A stretch of 64,000 nucleotides of DNA, taken from Schmidtea polychroa (lineage: Eukaryota). The notes below the pieces were generated by a model, which saw only the letters and a program-made list of their open reading frames with translations, was not told where the DNA came from and made no database searches. Made by a program: the position numbers and the translations under genes. Within the stretch, counting starts at the first letter, position 1, and every line of letters begins with the position of its first letter. The DNA is taken from contig CM097887.1 of the NCBI GenBank assembly GCA_044892525.1, positions 52,142,001-52,206,000 on the forward strand. Direction: 5' to 3'. Positions 49,101-62,370 of the stretch are shown here, piece by piece.

Positions 49101-52100
49101 CAGAGGCGGATTTTAACAAATTGAGGCCCTAGGCAAAAATCAATTATTGTGGCCCCTCTAATATTTTTTTTTTCATGGCTTAGTTTCTAAATTTTGACCA
49201 AAGAAAGCCCATTTATAATATTTTATTTCGTGATTTATTTTTTGCAAAATTATCAATTAATGAGTCATAGTTAATTTTTTTTACTAGATCGCTTTCAATT
49301 GCCATGATAGCTAAGTGATTTAGTTTTTTTTGGCCAAGTGACGTCCTTAGGTAGTTTTTGACCCGCTTAAGAATGCTAAATGATCTCTCATCAGACGCAT
49401 TTGCAATTGGGATTGTTAAAAAAATTTTTAGGATTATTTCAACGTTTGGAAATGTTGATGATAAACCTTCCAGAATTGATGCATACATTTCAGGAAGTGT
49501 TAATAATTTTTCCAATTTTACAAAATGAAGGAACTGTTCAACCTCATCTTTGAATACTAATTGATTTATGTCATCTTTATAGTGTTCAGCTAAATTTGAT
49601 ACACACTGAGCAAATTTTTCTTCAGGCAAATCTAAATCAACAAATATTAGAAACTTTTCTAATACCTTGTCATAAACTACAGACCTTCTTTTTATTTCAC
49701 AGTTTAAAGTATCACAAATTGAGTAAAATGTTTCAACGAATAGTATTTTTCTTTTCCTGTTTCGATTTTTTGCTGTTGAGTATTCTGTACTACCAGATAA
49801 TTCGATGGCTTCTTTTTCCATTTGGTGAAAATATGCATCATTAGTTCGAATACTAAGTATGAATTCTGATAAAGATTTCAATAAATATGTTCCTTTTTGT
49901 AAGTTACATTCTTTGCTTTGTAACGATTTATTGGTGGCATTGATTCTTTGCAATAGCGTATTCCAAAAAATCAATAACAGAGCCGTCTCTAAATCTTCAA
50001 AACTGCTATGTAATTTTTTCGCCTCAATTTTCGCTATGGGTTTTTCAGATGGGTTAATACAAATTTCACCAAGAACAGTTTTTATGGAAGAAAAATTCAT
50101 TCTTACAGTTAATACAGCTTCAGCTCTAGATGACCATCGAGTGTCGCATATACGTTTTAAAGTATGGCTTAATGTTTGATCAGTATTCATTAGCTGATCC
50201 CATCTCTTTGTCGAAGAGGAAAAAAAAACAAACAAATTTTGAATAAAATCAAAGAATCTAATAGCTTTAGAAGAACATTCTGCTGCTGTATTTCCAACTA
50301 AATTTAAAGAGTGTCCTGCGCAAGGTACAAATTCAGCATTTTTGCTGTAACATTTAATTTTGGCTTGGAGACCGTTATAAATGCCTGACATGTTCGCAGC
50401 ATTATCATACGTTTGTCCCCGGCAATTATTAATGTTCAACCCTAATTCTGACAAGGCGGACAAAATCTTTTTTTCTAAATATGTTGCATCATGATATTCA
50501 ATCGAAATAAAACATATGAACCTTTCTTGAATTTTTTGATCCAGATCTACGTACCTGATAATAATAGTTAACTGGTCAGTATGGCTTGCATCAGGCGTGG
50601 AATCAACTATAAGAGCAAAATAGTTAGCTTGTTTTATTTCATCAACAATGGATTTTTGTACGGTTTTGCCCATAAGTTCTATAAATTCATCACACGTACT
50701 TTTAGATAAATAATTAACATGCCCACTTCCGCAATTACTGTATTTTTCTAAGTGAACCTTTAAGAAGTCATCAAATTCAGCCAAATATTCAATACAGCTG
50801 AAAAAATTGCCTTTGGAAGAATTATCATGTCCTCTGAACCCTAAACCCAAACTCCCCAAAAGTTTAACTGTAGCAACGACTCGTTTTAATACCTCTCGCC
50901 AATAAATTGACTCTTTTTCTATTACCTGTAAAAGTTTGGAATCGATGCGACCACTTATTTTAGCACGACGAACATAAGCACACATACAACTTTTATGTTC
51001 TTTCGACTCATCATGTCTTTTCAAAACGTCTACAATATTTTTCCAATCTGAATATCCTGAAACTAGAACATTAGATTTTTTACTAAATAGTTTACAAGCA
51101 AAGCAATAAACAGATTTCGTTGTTTCAGAATAAATCAACCATTCTCTTAGCTCTTGAACTCCGTTTATTTTAGTCGTATAAAAATGTACATCATTTAATT
51201 TTCGGTATATTTATTGATCATTGTTATCTTTATAACATTTTTTAGAAGATTCTAAATCTCCCACATTTTTGGGTTTTGTACAGATACAATGTTCAATCAA
51301 ATCATTAGTAATTATTTTTGGCCATAAACCAATGTCAGTAAAGATAGGATAAGTATTTGTACTTACTACTTCACTCTCAATTTCAACCTCAATGTCATTG
51401 GTAGTGGGAACGCAATTATCACTTGCACCTACTTCTGCACAAAGACTGCTTATCGAAAGATTAACATCGCTACCAGCTATTACTGGTAGTGAAACAGTTT
51501 TATCTGCAGCCGCAGTACTGGTAGATGGAACATTTTTATCCAAAGACATAAATTTGGCAAGGGAGTTTCTTTGATTTTCGTTTTCCTTCAATTGAATTTT
51601 TTTTCGCAATCGTTTTTGTGCGCCAGACTCGAAAGTTCTTTTCATTTTAACGTATATTTGTCAATATTTTTCTTTAAAAATAAAATGGAATAATTGTCGA
51701 TTGAATTATGAAATATTAAATGACGAAAGCAAGAAGCAACAACGATTGGTTTTGGTAGTTTAAAAAAAACTGTTGGGTATTCGGAAAATATCAATCTAAA
51801 ATCAAAATTATGCTAATAGTCAATACGTACAAATATTTATTTTCAATATTCAAAATCATGATGTTAACGTGTAACAAAATTCAAACAATAAATGAAATGA
51901 AATTGCATATGCATTTTCTGTTTTGGAAAAGAAATATACAAAATACAAATACAAATACAAATTCAAAGCTTGCTTGGTTGTTGTTTTTTCCTATTTGAAT
52001 TTTTATATTTCTATTTTGTGTATCATATAATTTTATTTTGTATTTAAAGGCTTACTAATTTTATTTTGTAAATAAAAAGTTTAAAATCTGAAATGCTACT

Positions 52101-52505
52101 GCTATTGTTTTTTTTTTGTAATATTTTTTTAATTTTTCAGAGTTTAAAACCTATTCGTGGGGCCTCAAATTCAATTTATAAAATAAAATTAGTAGGCCTT
52201 TACAAAATAAAATATATTATATTCAAAATATAAAAATTCAAACCTTGCTTGGATTTTGCTTTTATCCTATTTGTTATTTTTTCGTTTTTGAATATGTGCA
52301 AATTCTTTTACTTATAGAAATTGAGGCCCCAAAAGGTTTTAACTCTGAAAATTTTAAAACTGTTAAAGTTTAAAATCTGAAATGCTACGACTTTGATTTT
52401 TTTTTTTTTAAAAAAATTATAATTTTTTTTTTGGATTTTGGAGGCCCTTATAAATCCGAGGCCCTAGGCAAATGCCTAATCTGCCTACAGGTAAATACGC
52501 CGCTA
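49101..52505 (-). mobile_element. hAT Tip100-type transposon, nearly intact
   Basis: TIRs cagaggcggattt / aaatacgccgcta (10/13); TSD gggagggg / gggagggc (7/8); subterminal gaggccctaggcaaa at both ends. Confidence 0.92.
49213..51645 (-). pseudogene. hAT Tip100 (ZMYM1-like) transposase, 811 codons with one in-frame stop
   Basis: The two tracked ORFs are one frame split by TAA at 51211-51213 (…NNDQ*IYRK…). Motifs WLIYSE…YCFACKLF, FALIVDSTPD, GQTYDNAANMSG, CAGHSLNL, TRWSSR and SDERSFSILKRVK are present. Confidence 0.92.
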
Positions 52506-52689
52506 GGGAGGGCAGGTCACCGAGTTTGACAATAATATTAATTTATTTTAAGTTTTAGGGGAAAGATTGCTGATCTTGGCATCAGAATACAAAAAGTGAA
52601 TAAATATGTGAATAAATTATATAAAAGTAAGTAAAACTTTAGCAATATGGTCAGTTATGGGGGACATTAGGAGTGCTTCTCAGCACATA

Positions 52690-52902
52690 CGTATTAGCCC
52701 GAATATAACGCGACAATTTTTAACATTTTATTTTGATTAAATTTTGGTTTAAATTAATTAAATTTATTGTCATGAATATAACCTATGTATTACTTTTAAT
52801 TACCTAACCAAACGCTTATCTGATTAAATTTCCCTTAATTTTTATTTTTTTATGAGTATTTTTTTCTAAATTCGGGGTCGCGTTATATTCGGGCTAATAC
52901 GG
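52690..52902. mobile_element. Tc2/pogo-like MITE
   Basis: 25-bp perfect inverted repeats cgtattagcccgaatataacgcgac / gtcgcgttatattcgggctaatacg, with TA at both ends. Confidence 0.88.
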
Positions 52903-53356
52903 TAATTAACGAAATTCTGAATTTAAGGAAATATTTTCCATAGATTTATTTGATTGAAATTACATTGAAGTCAGCTGTCAAAGTTGTACAGCATTGCTAC
53001 TTTTGTTTGTGAAAATAACATGTTATTTTGTGGCTTTTGTGTTATTAAATAAAAGAACGAGTACAACCAGATCAAAGGTCTAATCCTACCGAAATCTATA
53101 GAAACCTGACACATTCATTGGTATGACATAAGGTAATTGATGAAGAATTCAATTCATAAAACTATGTCAAAGAAACTTGTTAAAATATATTCAAAACACG
53201 AAATCATTATTTACAATAGGGTCAAAGTAAGTTTAATTTTAAAACTACAAATTATCTTAAAACTCTCATAGATTCGGGAACATTGTCATCCAAAGTCAAA
53301 ATGAAATCATTCAAAATCTCGGGGAATCTCAATTTCAAGGTGGTTGCTAGAGATTT

Positions 53357-53599
53357 TCAAGCGTCATTTTCAATGTTAATTGATGGAAATAAATCTTTCT
53401 CCAATACTTCATTGAGCCGAGGATCTTTGGTTATTTTAGTATCATAATACTGATTCTCTGATCCATTGGACTCGAGATCGGATATTAGATCAATCGACCT
53501 ATTATTGTCAATGCTTTGACGGAATTGCTGTGCCAATACTGTCGTTATGTTCTCCTGTTTCTTCCACTTCGTTCGACGGTTTTGGAACCAAATCTTTAC
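53357..53599 (-). CDS. NK7: NK7-class homeobox protein, exon 3 (helix 3 and C-terminus)
   Basis: Acceptor ttttaacag|GTA; VKIWFQNRRTKWKKQEN...NDA*. The intron falls at the canonical homeodomain codon 44/45 position. Not in the ORF track (no start codon). Confidence 0.88.
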   Translation of the reverse strand, partial: VKIWFQNRRTKWKKQENITTVLAQQFRQSIDNNRSIDLISDLESNGSENQYYDTKITKDPRLNEVLEKDLFPSINIENDA

Positions 53600-55550
53600 C
53601 TGTTAAAANNNNNNNNNNNNNNNNNNNNNNNNNNNNNNNNNNNNNNNNNNNNNNNNNNNNNNNNNNNNNNNNNNNNNNNNNNNNNNNNNNNNNNNNNNNN
53701 NNNNNNNNNNNNNNNNNNNNNNNNNNNNNNNNNNNNNNNNNNNNNNNNNNNNNNNNNNNNNNNNNNNNNNNNNNNNNNNNNNNNNNNNNNNNNNNNNNNN
53801 NNNNNNNNTGTAAATATAATTATTAATATATAAAATAGTTGAATGGTGTAAACTAATTAATAATAAGCACGTAAAATGGTCAATAATCTTTTACTCTCCT
53901 TATCCTTGTGGTTTGGAGTATCTTTGAAATTAGCGTTTCTGCGTGAGTATTTATTATTTTGAGACCATTTTAATGACTACTTTGTCTTTATTTAATTGAC
54001 TCATGATTCCAGGGTGGAGAACATGATAAAACTACAAGCAATTTGGTAAGGAAGTTAATTAGAAATAAAACTTCAAGTAGTTGAAATGATTCAATTAAAA
54101 AATGCGCTTTATAGCACATCAAAACAATTAATTAGATTTTTAATTACCACTCCNNNNNNNNNNNNNNNNNNNNNNNNNNNNNNNNNNNNNNNNNNNNNNN
54201 NNNNNNNNNNNNNNNNNNNNNNNNNNNNNNNNNNNNNNNNNNNNNNNNNNNNNNNNNNNNNNNNNNNNNNNNNNNNNNNNNNNNNNNNNNNNNNNNNNNN
54301 NNNNNNNNNNNNNNNNNNNNNNNNNNNTTTAAATTATTTGATTCCATCAACGGAATAAGTGCAGTTTTATAAATGTAGAATGTCGAAATAATATTTCATT
54401 TGATCGAAATTTCAGGGTTTCCTTCATGACATTAAAGAAACATTGGTTATGATTGTTTCCTGAAGCGTTTTGACAGACTCATTGGTTGAAGTAAAACTAA
54501 TTTGCCTCGATGTCATTAGTAAGTGAAACCCGTTTGGAGTGGTTCCATAAGAAGTATGCTTATAATGTGTCTGACGGTAAGCATTAATCTGGTAAGCAAT
54601 TGTCTGCATCATTGAGATTGTTCTCAATTAGCCAGTGAAAGGGCTTCATGCTGATTTATTGCGGATCTGGGAGGCATTAATTACACATGGATAATAGTAG
54701 TTACTAATGGGATTATTATTTATATATATATCGGACTTATCAGTTTTCGGTGGCTTAGGAAATAATGAAATTTTATTCTCTTTTGTCCAAATTGCTATTG
54801 CTGAACTTATTACTTCCAAATTCTGTTCTATCGCGTTTTGTTTTGTTTTGAGGAATTTCGATGGGAGGAATATAGTTGAAACTTGTTATGGGATTATAGG
54901 AGTTTTTTTAATTTCATATGTAAATCGAAGAAAATAGTTTTGGATATGTTAAGAGTGTGCTAGAAATTACTATTTAACCCTCTGTTGGTCATATGATCCT
55001 CAAATTATCCAAAACCGGTTAAATGGTAAAAATATGGTCAACCAAAGTTTTTGGTCTTATTTAAATTCGTTTTTAATAAAGAATGGTGGCTGTCACTCGT
55101 GGCAATTTGATCATGGCAATCACTCCTGGCATTTTCATACAATCTATTGACCAAAGTCCATGCAAAACTTTAAGACAACTTGTTAAGAAATTCAACGTTG
55201 ATTACCTCTCACAATTCATTCCAGATTTTGGCATGGTTTAAAGGCTCTATATTTGAGTACCACATCAAAAATTTAATGTAAATTATGTTTTCGAACAACA
55301 TTTTGTTTCTTACTCATCAAAAATAGAACAATTAAAGAAACTAAAAGATAAACTTCCAGAAGACCATCCGTATTTATACGATTGTAATTAAATTTGCCCA
55401 GAAGAAATTTTTTGTAGGAAACCCGAAAACCGAAAAACCCGAGAATTTTTAAAAAGCCGATTTTTGACAAACCCTATATCGAATGAATGAAAAATTAATA
55501 TTGATAGAATTAAGGAAAATCGGTTTTACAATTTTAGCATGTCTCATCCC

Positions 55551-55974
55551 CAGGGCCGTCTTAAGAAATTTGGCGCCCATGGGCTACTAAAAATAATGCG
55601 CCCTCTTCGTAAGAAAATTCACAGAATAGCAAACGGGTACGGGTGTCCGGCAAAGTTATACAACAGTGGCAGAACTAAAAAATATCAATTTATTATATAT
55701 ATTCAAAACAAAAACACAAAATTGAAATAAATTAAAATACGTTTAAGAACAAAAACAAACCTTAATGCAAACAAGAAACAAAAGTGACTTATGAATGTAT
55801 TTTCCTAGCTTTTTCTTTTGCAAACTGATCAATAATATCCCTCGTATAATGACTAATAACTAAATAACTAATAATAACAAAAGAACATATACATCGCAAA
55901 TAAAAATTGCCGTCCCAAAAAGGCTTGCGCCCTGGGGCTATCACCCATTTAGCCCTGTGATTAGAAAGGTCCTA
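55551..55974. mobile_element. hAT MITE in NK7 intron 2
   Basis: Ends cagggccgtcttaa / ttagaaaggtccta (9/14); flanks ctcatccc / ttcatctc (6/8); gcgccc subterminal motifs. Confidence 0.55.
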
Positions 55975-56676
55975 TTCATCTCACTCACATTTTTGTCATT
56001 TTTTAGTAGATGTTAGATATAAATTTTTGATGTAATGTTATTTGCATCTTATTTCCATATCTTTCTATGAAATTATCAAATAATTTTTTTTAATGTGTAT
56101 TAAAATAAAATAATCGAAATAATTATTATTTGTCAAATATTCTTTTATATGGCGATTACGTGATTAATCTCATAGATTAATTAAATAATTTAGTTTTAAA
56201 TTCATATAATTTTAATTTTAAAATAACTTTTCAATTACTTATTTAAATTTAAATTATTGCTGTATTTCCAGCTAGGATTTTCAATCAAGGATCAATTATC
56301 ATTTTTTTTTGTTTACCAAAAAAATTTTTTTCAACTTATCCTGTAATCAATTTTCATAAAATATCTGACCAATTGTGCTGAACCAAAAACATTTACGATT
56401 ATGATTAGCTATTTATTAAAATAATTTAACCAATAAACGGTGAGTCCTAAACGGTCCGCCCTTTGATATTGTCATGAATTTTTACTAATAATATTAAATT
56501 TTGATCATTCAAAGATTTATTATTGCACGAGAAATTTTAATAGAAATACTTTTTTATAAACTTTTTTGAGAAAAATTTAATTTACTTAATCATAATTTAA
56601 TCAAAGACTTAAGATGTTAAAAGCAGGAAAATTATAAATTTTAAATTTTAAAATAGTCAAATAAAAATTTAAAATA

Positions 56677-56812
56677 TTGAAAATTTATAAGAATTTTTTT
56701 CAAATATCACCACTGATTTCTTTTCAATCGACATTGTATTTATTAAAAAGCTTGACTATGAATCAGTATAGATATCGATGTTTTTTTGATATTCACGAAT
56801 TTTCGGCACTGC
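56677..56812. mobile_element. One arm of the foldback/MITE family seen at 14104-14345
   Basis: caccactgatttc...attgtatttattaaaaa...gatattcacgaattttcggcactgcc is shared with that locus. Confidence 0.7.
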
Positions 56813-58439
56813 CTTTATATTTAATCATTAAAAATCCAATAAGAAATTTTAAAAAAGTGACATGAAAAAGATTGAAGAGTATATTTAGAAATCAGAATGC
56901 CAGAAATTTAAATATTTTGTCTAGATTTTTTATAATTATTTATATTCTATTGCTTGATATATCACAATTTTCGCAAATTTATTAAACTTATTTCTCGTTA
57001 ATGTAATATTTGTTTTCCCCTATAATTGCTAACCTTACTCAATTTTATTTTATACTTTGTTGTAACCCATCTCATTTGTTTTTAGAGCTCTTTGTCCAAA
57101 ATAAAATTTACTGTTATTGTATTTCATTTTCGAAAATAATGCCTTGCAAACATTTGTGGATCTGAATGGGAAATTATTCTCTGTGAAAAATATCTCAACT
57201 TGAAAATATTTCAGTATGGTACCCATGATTTACACTTAATTTAATTTTTTAATCACAGTTGTTTCTAAGTGATCTAATGATGACAATAAACTGACTAAAA
57301 TAAATATATTTGTTTGTTTTAATTTCGTTTTTTAAATAAATTATTTTTTCAAGATTAATTTACACATTAGATTAATGGCCAATTAAACTACATAAAAATA
57401 TTTGAAAATAAATTTTAAAACAATTTGGAGGGATAAAATGTAAAAAAGCTTTAAAAAATAAAGAAATAATTTTTTTATTTAAATCAATTAATTTTTTTTA
57501 ATTAAAAAAACTTTTTATTCATAAATTAATATCGATGTAATATCAAAATGGAATAATTAATTTCTAGAAAAACTAATGACAGTGAAACACTTGAATATCT
57601 TATATTTCATATTCCATCAACTAAGTAATAGTAATTATTAATAATTAGGAGTCCCGGGTCGTATCTGATTGTAATGGTTTCTCCCAAATGACTCAATATA
57701 CGAAAATCGCTGTCTTAATTATCTAAGAAACAATTCAAATCTCACTTTGGTTTTCTTTTTTTTTCACTTTTAATGCACAGAGAAATTGACTGTGTTGAAA
57801 ATTGATTTCAGCATTTGCTGGGTATTCCTTTGCCTGGGATGCTCATGCCGGGATCGCGTAATTGTAATGCGTCTGCTCTCGCCATCAACTCAAGAGTTCC
57901 AACCAACTCATCAATGTCATTTTAAGAAATTTAAATCACTCGGCATTTAGATCCAGTTTTTGCATGCTTTACAACATGGCTGGAGGCGATAATTAACCAA
58001 CAATGATGATGTATTCAATCGGGCGTAATTGGTCTATTAGCTATCAGTTTAACATCCTTCCCTAATTAGGTGTAGAAACAACCTTTATATCCTAATTAGC
58101 TGATATATAGTCAGTAGTATTGAAATTGGCGAAAACCAATTCATAAAATTTCCCATTCAGAAATTATTCACCACTCCACTATTAGTTTAAATTATTATTT
58201 TTTATTTTTTATTTTTTTAAAATTTTTTTAAAATTATTTATTTTTTTATCAATCAAAAAAAATAAATGAAATTATTTTCTCATCCAAAAAATTGACAAAA
58301 ATTTTTAAACAAGACTTATTTTATTAATATATAGTAATAATTGACTACAAAATTAAATATAAAATAGTAATTTGTAATTAAGAGTATAAATCTTTTATTT
58401 GTACCTATTGCTTTGATAATATCTTGCACTTCATATAAC

Positions 58440-58740
58440 TTTGATGGGAACTGAGAGTCCCACGTTTTCGGTATAGTTGACCAAGAAGTATTTTGGTAAT
58501 GACAACCTTAGTTTATCAAGATTGAATTAGTGATTGATGGTTGCCCTTTTTCGGACTATCATTTTCTATGTCATCATATTTCTGAGAACATTAATTGTTT
58601 CTTCAGACATACACTAGATGCTGCTAGATCCTTGCTCACCGATATACATTTTACTAGAGGTTTTAATCGATCATCATATTCCTTTATACATGGTGAAAAA
58701 ATCTTTTCTTTAAATTACAAGTGTAATTTATATTCACATG
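58440..58740 (-). pseudogene. Possible decayed Penelope GIY-YIG remnant
   Basis: NYTCN…YIGE…NH*FNLDK fragments in the expected order. Confidence 0.35.
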
Positions 58741-60039
58741 AAATTCATCACAAATTCTTTCACTGATTCCTATTCAGGTAGAACATTTCCCGTTTTTATC
58801 AGTATTTTGTCGTAATTCAATAGCAATGACGTTTTGCAATCATAACGAAAACACAGACAAATAAATGAACTACTTAAACATTTATTAGCTGTTTTTGATT
58901 GGCTGATTTATTACTTAGCAAATAATAAATCTAGATTAAATTTTATAAAAATTGGGTTTTTATGGAACGGAGGTAATAATAAAAAAATTAATCCATCTTT
59001 TAAGGTTTCTTTGTTATAACGTAATTATATAGAAAACAAACACTTTATAACACTATATTAGCCGCAATTTTTTCTTCAAACGTCTTCTCACGAGTCTTAT
59101 ACGACCAGGAATGTGATATTAACTCTTTCTACCAGAATCTCTAATATGAAAAACGTATTTTCAATACTTTTCAATGATTGTTTTAATTTCGGGTGTTATC
59201 CAGAGTACGTTTCATTTGTTTCTTCTTTTCTTCTTTTGAAAACATGGAATCTAAAGAACTTTACAATGTATTTATAACTTTTCAAAGGTACTTGATACTT
59301 GTGTCATTACATTAATGAACGGCGGTAACAAATAATTTGCCCATTTTGCAAAATTTAAAAGTAACATTAATGTTAACATTAAAACAAAACGCAATTTTTG
59401 TCTATTTTATATTTAAAAATTTAGATTAGCACCATTAGCAAACTAATATTAGCTATTTAATGGAAAGTCGTTTTTGATCTTAAAAGTATTAATGGTGAAT
59501 AAACAGCTAATAGGCTGAAATTGATCCTTGAAAGTTATCATTCTTGTCCTACTTGTTCACATCCGCCAAACTTTTATCACACCTATACCCTTAAAATCAG
59601 AACTTCGAAATTTCTCAATTTGAAATGCTTGGGTCAAATAATGAGTTTAGATGTATCGCAAAAACTTTAAAAAAATATATACAAAGAAATGAGAAATGGG
59701 GATTTTGGATATCCCCATATAAGCTGGGTTTTTTCGGTTGCTTTAAGTTTGTTCTGATAGTTTTGTTATTCTAAATTAAATATATTAAATATAAAACAGA
59801 AGATGACGAGTCAATATTTTTATTTGTCCTTTCCTCTCCTCTTTACTAATCGGGTAGGTCACAAAAAGTTTCCACTTTTAAAAATGGGTCTCGTTAGCTG
59901 AGAGTTTGAGCACCCCTATTAAAGACCTATTTGTGATGTTAATTATGAAAATGATTATTGTTAATGAAAAATTATTGTTTTTTTATAATTTATGCTTAGA
60001 GTTTCATATTGAATTTACTAGAGAAAATATCTTGATGGA

Positions 60040-60800
60040 TATTTAATGGATATTTAATCATGCCTTTCATAATGCTGTAAAAGATTTTCGTTTGAAGACG
60101 TCCTGATATTAATTCTAATAACAATTGAATCAGCTTTTGAACAGTTGGAAGTATTGTCTTGTTACAAAATAATTTATTATCCTAGCAATTTTCGGTGAAA
60201 CTTCTAAGGTTAGATCCCTTTCTCTTTAACCCTATTTTTATTTCTTCAATCCCTCATTAATGTCACAGCTAAGTAAAGATTTATATTATATCAACAGTTC
60301 TTTAGTGAGAATTTCACAATCACTGGGACCAGTAAAATATTTTGAGAATAAAATTTGGTCTTCAATTCGATCTGAAATGTTATTGAAAAGTAGTATGAAA
60401 ATGTTATTTTTTAATATTTCCCAGTATCCATTATCAAAATATTGGATCTATAAGTTTGTTTTTTTACATAGATGGTGAATATTTATCATTATTTTTAAAT
60501 CTTGACGAACTTTTTTCCTTTTCTTAAATATGTTGTAAATCTGACGTTCAACGCAATTTCTCATTTCTGATAGAACATCTTTGACATCATTCGCTAGATC
60601 TACTGCTGCCGATAAATATAAATTTCCTGTTTGCAAATGTCGAGTTTACGTCAACATTCTTGCAAACAAATTGATGACACTAAGAACAAATATTAGAAAC
60701 TTTGTGTTTTCATAACACCAAAGAGTTATGATGTATCACCGATACTAAAATTGAACTATCCGGAGGGCTACTGCTCTTTCAATTAAGTGAAAACAATAAA
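60040..60800 (-). pseudogene. Decayed hAT (Tip100-like) transposase C-terminal half
   Basis: LQTGNLYLSAAVDLANDVKDVLSEMRN…KKRKKVR… and KRKSFTAL (ERSFS-like), with many stops. Confidence 0.55.
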
Positions 60801-61593
60801 AAAATTCTAGTTAGGGACTGATTTTATTGTAATTGATCCTTTATCTCCAAAACTCAAATTTAGACTAAGAAATAATAATTGATTAAATTATTTCTATAAT
60901 AATAATCTCAAATTTAAAGAAGTAATTCTTATCATAGATAAATATTCAATAATTAACACTAAAGAAGAAATCAATGAAATCACGATTCTGATATTTTAAT
61001 TGCTTTCTTGATGAATTTGTGGGTTTTTTAAAGATTTTTTAAAATATAAATAAAAAAATAATTTATTTAAGTTATTAAAATAGCTTAAGATAAGAGCTTT
61101 TAGGAATAAAAATTAGGAATAAAAAGTGTTGAGTTTGAATAATTTTTAAAGAGTTATTTACTTTAATAATGAAACCTTTTTAAAATTTGTAATAATTTAA
61201 AATATTATATTTAATTTAATTTTGATTTTAAATTTTATTTAATTAAATTTAAACAAATGAAAAGGCAGACAATAAATATAAAAAGAAAAACCGACAAGTA
61301 TTTGAAGATTGGAATATAACAAAATTCTGAAAGATAGAAAAGGAATATCTTATAATCGAAAATTTTCACATTTAATTTATTGTTTATTCTGCAGCCAAGG
61401 CTTATTTTATCATTTAATTATTTAACATTTAATTTATGTTGCNNNNNNNNNNNNNNNNNNNNNNNNNNNNNNNNNNNNNNNNNNNNNNNNNNNNNNNNNN
61501 NNNNNNNNNNNNNNNNNNNNNNNNNNNNNNNNNNNNNNNNNNNNNNNNNNNNNNNNNNNNNNNNNNNNNNNNNNNNNNNNNNNNNNNNNNNNN

Positions 61594-61772
61594 NNNNNNN
61601 NNNNNAACATTTAAAGAGCTTGCCAACTCTGCTCTTTCGGCTGATGATAAATACTTTTTCAATTCGAATTGTTTTTCCAACTCACAAATTTGTCGCCCCG
61701 AAAACGTTGTTCTGCTCTTTTTCTTTTTGTCTTGCTTGGAATTTCGAATCCGTTTCTTTTTTTCACAATAAA
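61594..61772 (-). CDS. NK7: NK7-class homeobox protein, exon 2 (last four codons and donor inferred inside the N gap)
   Basis: Acceptor tattctag|TT (phase 1); [41 protein letters not shown] readable to 61606. RTTF.GRQI.ELEKQFE.KKYLS..ER with RRTKWKKQ is the NK7 signature. Confidence 0.88.
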
Positions 61773-61826
61773 CTAGAATATTAATATAAATTAATGAATT
61801 ATATAATTAATGAATTATATAATTAC

Positions 61827-62217
61827 CATTGATATTGTTTAATGGTGGTGAAGTAATCTGATTTTGATTTGCATTTTCACTGTCACCCGTTTGCGTGCCA
61901 GTTGTCAATTGATTTGTGTGACCACAGCTTGTTAATAGTTCATCAGATATTATAGGATGGTTGCAGAAGTCTTTACTTTGACTTGATAGGAGATCTTTGA
62001 TCATGAATGACGATGATTTCGTTGAGTCATTAATCGATGATAGAGGCCAAGAATTTGGAGGTAGGGTTATGAATTGCTGTCGAATTATATTATGGCATTG
62101 ACCTTCAAAAAACGACCGTTGAATATTTTCAATCAACTGGAACCATTTCCTGGTTCCCACACTTGAGCTGTGATCATGAATGTCGAAACTGAAAATTTTA
62201 TTGGTTGATTTATTCAT
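61827..62217 (-). CDS. NK7: NK7-class homeobox protein, exon 1 (eh1/TN motif)
   Basis: ATG at 62217; SSFMIKDLLS is an eh1-type FxIxxxL motif; phase-1 donor G|gtaatt and a 54-bp intron. An upstream exon in the 62444-62648 gap cannot be excluded. Confidence 0.82.
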
Positions 62218-62287
62218 TAAAATTTTAGTTTTACCAATGTTGCATTTAGAAAATCACAATTATATATAATATTTTTATCTTTTCATT

Positions 62288-62370
62288 TTGATTGGTCAAT
62301 TGAGAAGGATAAGTTAATACGAGTGAGCAATTGCATAAATATACGAATTAAAACTGGATTCTGATTGGTT
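62288..62370 (-). promoter_or_regulatory. Two putative CCAAT (NF-Y) boxes upstream of NK7
   Basis: gaCCAATca (62291-62295) and aaCCAATcag (62364-62368), about 75 and 150 bp upstream of the ATG. Motif match only. Confidence 0.35.

Noticed and set aside
53075-53110. cgaaatctata match to the planarian spliced-leader sequence as I recall it
   Set aside because: Only about 11 bp, with no terminal ATG|GT donor and no Sm site; consistent with chance.
54424-54627. Integrase-like AYRQTH…GTTPN fragment
   Set aside because: Too short and degenerate, with no supporting LTR or neighbouring pol domains.
54973-56445. Possible piggyBac MITE starting TTAA|ccctctgttggt
   Set aside because: The only candidate right end (accaataaacggtgag) is degenerate and lacks the TTAA TSD.
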